Source: an uncultured delta proteobacterium
Lineage (GTDB): Bacteria > Desulfobacterota > Binatia > Binatales > Binataceae
NCBI GenBank assembly: GCA_963711565.1
Contig: CAVQEQ010000003.1
Span: forward strand, 384,001 to 448,000
DNA: 64,000 bases
Direction: 5' to 3'
Shown one piece after another: positions 59,060 through 64,000 of this stretch. The translations under genes were made by a program, and so were the position numbers. Within the stretch, counting starts at the first letter, position 1. Each line of letters starts with the position of its first letter. A model generated the notes under the pieces. It saw only the letters and a program-made list of their open reading frames with translations, made no database searches and was not told the origin of the DNA.

Positions 59060-59350
59060 ATGACCACAATCGCCAACATTCTAGGTATCGCGTCGGGCTT
59101 TGCCCTGATGAGGTACCACGAGCCGCCCGCGAACCTGATCGCAACGTCGATCATCATCAATCTCGCGCTAACTCCGCTGACTGCGATCGTCGCGGCGCGG
59201 CGCGGCCGCTCGGCGCTTCGATGGACTATCGCGGGACTCGCGCTCGGCGCGTGGGCGCTCGCCGCGGTCATGATTATTCCGGCGCCTAGCAGCCCTGCAC
59301 CGCCGCGTCCCGACACCCCGGATTTTCCGCCTACTTCGCATGCTGCTTGA
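59060..59350 (+). CDS. Small membrane protein
   Basis: Three hydrophobic segments, A.RRGRS..RW...G...G.WAL. Confidence 0.55.
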   Translation: MTTIANILGIASGFALMRYHEPPANLIATSIIINLALTPLTAIVAARRGRSALRWTIAGLALGAWALAAVMIIPAPSSPAPPRPDTPDFPPTSHAA

Positions 59351-60502
59351 TCCACGCCGCGGTCGGCGCGAAGACTTCGCTCTCGGACTTCGTGCCCGCC
59401 AACACGTCGAGATGGCCCCAGTTGTCGAACTTGGTGAATGAAGGATCGGGAGCGCCGGTCGATTTCGATGCCTCCTCGACCTGGCCGGGCCAATCCGCGC
59501 CGAAGTTGGTGCTGGCAAACGCGATCACGGGAATCTTCGACGCCTTGAGCGTCGCGAGCAGCTCGGGCGTGAACGGATTCTCGGCGTCCTGCACCGACGG
59601 CCAGTAGCGATCGTAGCCGATTAGCAGTTTCGCCAGCACGACCGCGTCGGAATAGCCGCCCGGCATATTCGCGAACGCGCCGTTGCCGGGGGCCGCGTCG
59701 TACATAACGTGTTCCAGGTTTTCGCGCGCTGTCTTGTACTTGGGAATCGGCGCCGGCTGATCGGGATTTTCGATGACCATCTGCATCAGCTTGTAGCGTT
59801 TGTCGTAGGTCAGATGTTTGCCGCCAACGTCGTCGGCATATTGGCCCGCGCCGGCGGTTCCGTGCGCGTCGGATGGCTCGGGATGAATCCGTCGATGGCG
59901 ATGATACCCGCGACGTTGCCGGGATGCATCGCGGCATAGAGATACGCGAATTCGACGCCGCGGCTGAAGCCGGCGACGAACAGTTTGTCGCGGCCGGTTT
60001 TCGCGCTGACGAATTTCGCGGCCGCTTCGATGTCCGATTCGAAAAGATCATTTGTCCATCCCGCGAGCTCGGAAAGATCGCTCTGCGGCGTCTGGGGTAG
60101 AATGAAGTGCGTGCGATAGTCCATCGACCAGACGTCGATGCCGTGCTCGGCAAGGTAAGCCTGGAACGAATAGCGCGGATCCTCAAGCGCAAGCTCGCCA
60201 TTCATGTTGGTGCCGGGCAGGTAGAGCACGACTTTGTCGGGGTGCGCGGGCGGATTCGGTCCGATCGTGAGGCGATGGAGCGCGATCTTGTCGAACGGCG
60301 ATTTGCCAACGGTCGCCTCGAACGTCCACTCATAAAGCCCGGGCAAAGTGTAGAGACCCGGTGTAACAAGAACCTTGCTGATCTGACGAGGACCGCCGGC
60401 GGCTTTGAACTCCGCTTCAAATGCCGACGCGACCGTGCGCGTCGCGATAAGGAGAAGCAGGACCATCAACATGTCGAGGGCAATGCGTCGTCGAATCTTC
60501 AT
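59331..60502 (-). CDS. Exported alpha/beta-hydrolase-fold protein, frameshift near 59848
   Basis: YLPG, DVWSMDYR, AGFSRG nucleophile elbow; the shifted frame continues GQYADDVGG... to WGHLDVL. Confidence 0.7.
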
Positions 60503-60563
60503 GGGCCTAATCCTCTCCACGATTTCGCGTCGCCGCACAAGTGCACGACCGCCAGGGAAGCTC

Positions 60564-60673
60564 AGTGGGCAGGCCTTATATGGGCGGGCCTTATAGAGTG
60601 GGGCGGGCCGCCGTGCCCGCCATCGACGCGCCGGCACCGCGCAAGGATGGCGGGCACGGCGGCCCGCCCCACT
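60564..60673. repeat. REP doublet (GTGGGGCGGGCCGCCGTGCCCGCC family) with stuttered 5' flank
   Basis: Inverted copies at 60598-60624 and 60646-60673; preceded by TGGGC.GGCCTTATA x2. Confidence 0.8.
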
Positions 60674-60773
60674 GAATCTGAAAGGAACGGAAGGATGGTT
60701 GACCCTTCGCGGTGCGCCGTGCGAAACAGAGTCGTCAGGTTCTCACGCCAATTACGCACGGGAGTAAACTTCA

Positions 60774-61694
60774 ATGAGCAAGAAAGTCCAATTCGCCCTG
60801 TTCTCTCCGCAAGCCGGACAATCGTGGCATCAGCTCGAAGAGCGGGCGCACCGATGCGAAAAGCTCGGCTACCATTCCATCTGGCTGGTCGATCATATGT
60901 GGACGCGCGGGATGCCCGACCTCGACCATCATGAGTGTCTGGCCCTGATGGCGGGACTGTCGGCCAAGACCGAAAAAATTCGCATCGGCACGCTGGTGAT
61001 GTGCAACTCGTACCGCAACCCGGCGCTCCTGGCGAAGACGCTGGCGACGATCGATCACATCAGCAACGGCCGCCTCGAAATCGGCTACGGCGCGGGCTGG
61101 ATGGACGAGGAGTACAAGGCGTACGGCTACCAGTTTCCGTCGATGGGCACGCGGCTCAAGATGTTCGAGGAAGGCCTGCATATAATGAAGGCGATGTTCA
61201 CCGAGAAGCGCGCGACCTACAAGGGCAAGCACTATTCGATCGAGGAAGCGATCTGTAATCCCAAACCCGTGCAGAAACCGCATCCACCGATCACGATTGG
61301 CGGCAGCGGCGAGAAGATCATGCTCAAGCTGGTCGCGAGGTTTGCCGACCGCTGGAATTGCCCCGCCGGCTACGAGAGCTTCGAGCACAAGTTCAACGTG
61401 CTCAAGCAACACTGCAAGGACATCGGGCGCGACGTGAATACTATCGACGTGTCGGAGCAGTTGCTGGTGTGCATCGGCTCGAGCGACGCGGAAGTCGAGG
61501 CGAAATGGAAGGCGGCGCAGATGCTCAAGCCGTTCGTCACCACCGGAATCAAGGGCACGCCGAAGCAGTTGATCGAGGAGCTCAAGAAGCGCGTAGCGAT
61601 GGGAATCACGACGTTCACGATTTTTTTCAGCGACTTCGCGCCGCCTCCGACGCTCGAGCTGTTCGCGAAAGAGGTGATGCCGGCATTTGCGTAA
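60774..61694 (+). CDS. LLM-class (possibly F420-dependent) oxidoreductase
   Basis: W..DH, GTLV.CN.YRNPALLAK..ATID.IS.GRL..G.GAGW, PKP.QKPHPPI.IGG.GE. Confidence 0.88.
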   Translation: MSKKVQFALFSPQAGQSWHQLEERAHRCEKLGYHSIWLVDHMWTRGMPDLDHHECLALMAGLSAKTEKIRIGTLVMCNSYRNPALLAKTLATIDHISNGRLEIGYGAGWMDEEYKAYGYQFPSMGTRLKMFEEGLHIMKAMFTEKRATYKGKHYSIEEAICNPKPVQKPHPPITIGGSGEKIMLKLVARFADRWNCPAGYESFEHKFNVLKQHCKDIGRDVNTIDVSEQLLVCIGSSDAEVEAKWKAAQMLKPFVTTGIKGTPKQLIEELKKRVAMGITTFTIFFSDFAPPPTLELFAKEVMPAFA

Positions 61695-62403
61695 GACGTT
61701 CGGAGTTTGTGCGCCGTTGCTCGCCGCGTTGCTGATCGCGGGATGCGGCAGTCAGCCGTCGTACTATACGACCCAGCTCGACACGAGCGGCGGACTTGGA
61801 CCGGGCGATCCGATAACGCACGCGTCGGCGACGATCGGGCAGGTGACCGGGGTCTCGCCAATCGGCGGTGGCGATTCGGAGATAGCGTTCGAAGTAAATG
61901 GATCGCACACTGACGAGATTCACTACGATTCGATTATGACGCTGAATAATCTCGGCGCGACCCCGTCGCTCGACGTGATGAACGTCGATGCGATGAGCCA
62001 TAGCGTACCGTCGGGCACCCGGCTGGACGGCGCGTCGAGCATGAACGAGACGCAGATGTTCATAACGGCGCGGGGTCCGGGGAGTTTCGCGCAGGCTCTC
62101 GGAAATGCAGCGAGCTTTACTCAATCGACGGCGCCGCCTCCCTCGGCGGCGACCGTACAGATGACGCAGATGCTGGCGCAGATTTCGCAGCAGACGATTG
62201 CGACCGCGGTCGCAATCGCGCCGCCGACTCCCGATCAGATCGAACAGACCAAACGCGAGGCGCTCGGCGTCGAACGTCAACTGATGCGCAACGGAAAAAT
62301 CGAGCAGGCGGAGCGGCTGCGAGCGTCGATGGGGAGCATGATGGGTGGAATCACGGCGCCCGTTAATCCGACGACGCTGCCGCCGACTGCGCCCAATCCG
62401 TAA
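61687..62403 (+). CDS. MCE/MlaD-like lipoprotein
   Basis: Lipobox IAGC; GL..GDPI......IGQV..V. Confidence 0.6.
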   Translation: MRKTFGVCAPLLAALLIAGCGSQPSYYTTQLDTSGGLGPGDPITHASATIGQVTGVSPIGGGDSEIAFEVNGSHTDEIHYDSIMTLNNLGATPSLDVMNVDAMSHSVPSGTRLDGASSMNETQMFITARGPGSFAQALGNAASFTQSTAPPPSAATVQMTQMLAQISQQTIATAVAIAPPTPDQIEQTKREALGVERQLMRNGKIEQAERLRASMGSMMGGITAPVNPTTLPPTAPNP

Positions 62404-62425
62404 CGCGAAATGGATCGCCACTAAA

Positions 62426-63430
62426 TTGGACCAGCATCTACTGACCGAGTATCTCAAACGCAAGATGCCGCACGCGAGCGAGCATCGCGTGGTGAACCTC
62501 AAGCGAATTTCGGGCGGCTCGTCGCGCGAGACGTACGCGTTCGATCTCGAATGGAGCGAAGGCGGCGAGACCCACTCGCGTCCGATGATCGGGCGGCGCG
62601 ATCCAACCGGCAGTCTGCTCAAATCAGATCGCGAGCGCGAGTTCAAGGTGATCGACGCCGTGCATCGCGCGGGCCTCAAGGTTCCCGAGCCACTTTTTCT
62701 GGAGCTCGACGCCGGCGTGATGGATCGACCGTTTTTCATCATGCATCGCGCGGCGGGCCAGACCGGTATGGGCGCGTTTCCGGCCGCGGAAGCGGAATCG
62801 ACTCGCGCGAAAGTCGCCGACGACTTCATTGGCGAGCTGGCGCGGTTGCAATCGATCGACTATCGCGAATGCGGGCTCGAGATTCTTGGGCCTCCGGAAA
62901 ATCTCGAGGCTCCCGCCCGCATCCAGGCTGCGCACTGGGCCGAAATATATGAGCGCGATCGGATGGGCGAGCACTACCCGATTCTCACTGCCGCGTTCGC
63001 ATGGCTGAAAGCCAACCCCGTCGTGAGCGACCGCATCGTGATCGTTCACGGCGACTATCGATCGGGAAATTATCTGTATGACGAGAACGGAATCGTCGCG
63101 ATGCTCGATTGGGAAATGGCGCATCTGGGCGATCCGATGGAGGATCTCGGCTGGGCGTCGATGATGTTCTGGGGTCGCGACGAATTTGCCGGCGGTCTGA
63201 TGGAGCGCGAGGCGTTCTACCGGCTCTACGAGGCGAAGACCGGCCATCCGGTGGATCGCGAGCGGCTGTTTTTCTACCAGGTGCTCGGCAACGCGAAGAT
63301 GGCGGTGATTTGTCTCACGGGAATTCGCGATTTCGTCGAGCGACGGACGTCGGACGCGGTGATGCCGTTTCTTGAATTGTTGCTGCCGCAATTGTTTGGA
63401 GATCTTGCCGGCCAACTTCGACTGGTTTGA
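62426..63430 (+). CDS. Aminoglycoside-phosphotransferase-family protein (ACAD10-like)
   Basis: GG.SRET, REF.V, VP.P, VHGDYR.GN, LDWE.AH.GDP.EDLGW. Start uncertain; an out-of-frame ATG sits at 62410. Confidence 0.85.
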   Translation: MDQHLLTEYLKRKMPHASEHRVVNLKRISGGSSRETYAFDLEWSEGGETHSRPMIGRRDPTGSLLKSDREREFKVIDAVHRAGLKVPEPLFLELDAGVMDRPFFIMHRAAGQTGMGAFPAAEAESTRAKVADDFIGELARLQSIDYRECGLEILGPPENLEAPARIQAAHWAEIYERDRMGEHYPILTAAFAWLKANPVVSDRIVIVHGDYRSGNYLYDENGIVAMLDWEMAHLGDPMEDLGWASMMFWGRDEFAGGLMEREAFYRLYEAKTGHPVDRERLFFYQVLGNAKMAVICLTGIRDFVERRTSDAVMPFLELLLPQLFGDLAGQLRLV

Positions 63431-63439
63431 GGGACCAAG

Positions 63440-63892
63440 ATGCTACGTCCGACGTTGAATGAACTGCTGAGTGGAATGCAGCGGACAATCATGGAGGCGC
63501 TGATGCCCGAGCTGACGTCGCCGTACGCGCAGGGGCAAGCGATGTCGGCGATCGGGATGCTCGCGCATGCGGCGGCAGTGCTCGAGTCGGCGCCGGCGTA
63601 CGACGCGGCGGAGATAAAAGATCTGCGCGCGACGTTCGCCGCACTCAAGCGGCTTGGCGACAAGCACATCTCGAAAAAAAGCGGGCTGCGCGGAGCGCTC
63701 GCACGCGCGACTCGCGCCGGCGTGAAGACCTCGCCGGACAGGCGCGCGATGGAAGAATCGATGTCGGTGTTCGCCGCGGCAGTCGCTCTCGGCAATGTCG
63801 ATGACAGCGTCGCACGCCATGTGCGCGGTTATATCCGCCGCAACCTCGAGCGATCACGCAATCTGCTCGGCGCTTCGTTGCCGACCGGCTGA
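63440..63892 (+). CDS. Helical hypothetical protein coupled to the phosphotransferase gene
   Basis: RPT..ELL......I...L.PEL...YA N-terminus, typical of APH partner genes; 9 bp downstream of the stop. Confidence 0.6.
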   Translation: MLRPTLNELLSGMQRTIMEALMPELTSPYAQGQAMSAIGMLAHAAAVLESAPAYDAAEIKDLRATFAALKRLGDKHISKKSGLRGALARATRAGVKTSPDRRAMEESMSVFAAAVALGNVDDSVARHVRGYIRRNLERSRNLLGASLPTG

Positions 63893-64000
63893 GTCATTAG
63901 CCGCGCTGCGATCGCGAACCCGCCTGGGGTTCGCGCTACCTTACGCAATGAGACGCTATCTCTAGCCATCACCAGCTGCTTCCAAGCCATATTATCTGCG

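Overview
GC-rich bacterial chromosomal window. By inference it comes from an uncultured soil lineage: gene content and secreted Thr/Ala-rich ASH-domain proteins are reminiscent of Ca. Binatota/deltaproteobacteria-like genomes. Core genes include groES-groEL with a CIRCE operator, DAHP synthase, cyaY, ptsP, tatBC, a cyclophilin, an HDAC-family protein, GH15 and GH29 hydrolases and LLM oxidoreductases. Accessory loci are a LuxR-like regulator with a duplicated 18-bp palindromic operator in front of secreted proteins, a kaiC-kaiB-kaiB-HK-RR-HK cluster, a 1.6-kb islet bounded by a duplicated gene 3' end, a solo GSU2403-type nucleotidyltransferase, FHA-TM-CAP proteins, orphan tadE/tadG and an ArsA pair next to a phasin-like gene. 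The most striking feature is a candidate mobile element present twice (9.3-9.9 kb and 37.15-37.8 kb): a DUF559 (Vsr-like PD-(D/E)XK) nuclease gene bracketed by ~110-bp inverted arms, each built from two REP/BoxC-like hairpins, plus a solo arm. At least three other REP-like families are present. Several single-base frameshifts suggest long-read assembly errors. No rRNA, tRNA or CRISPR array was seen. All calls come from motif recognition by eye; no database searches were run.
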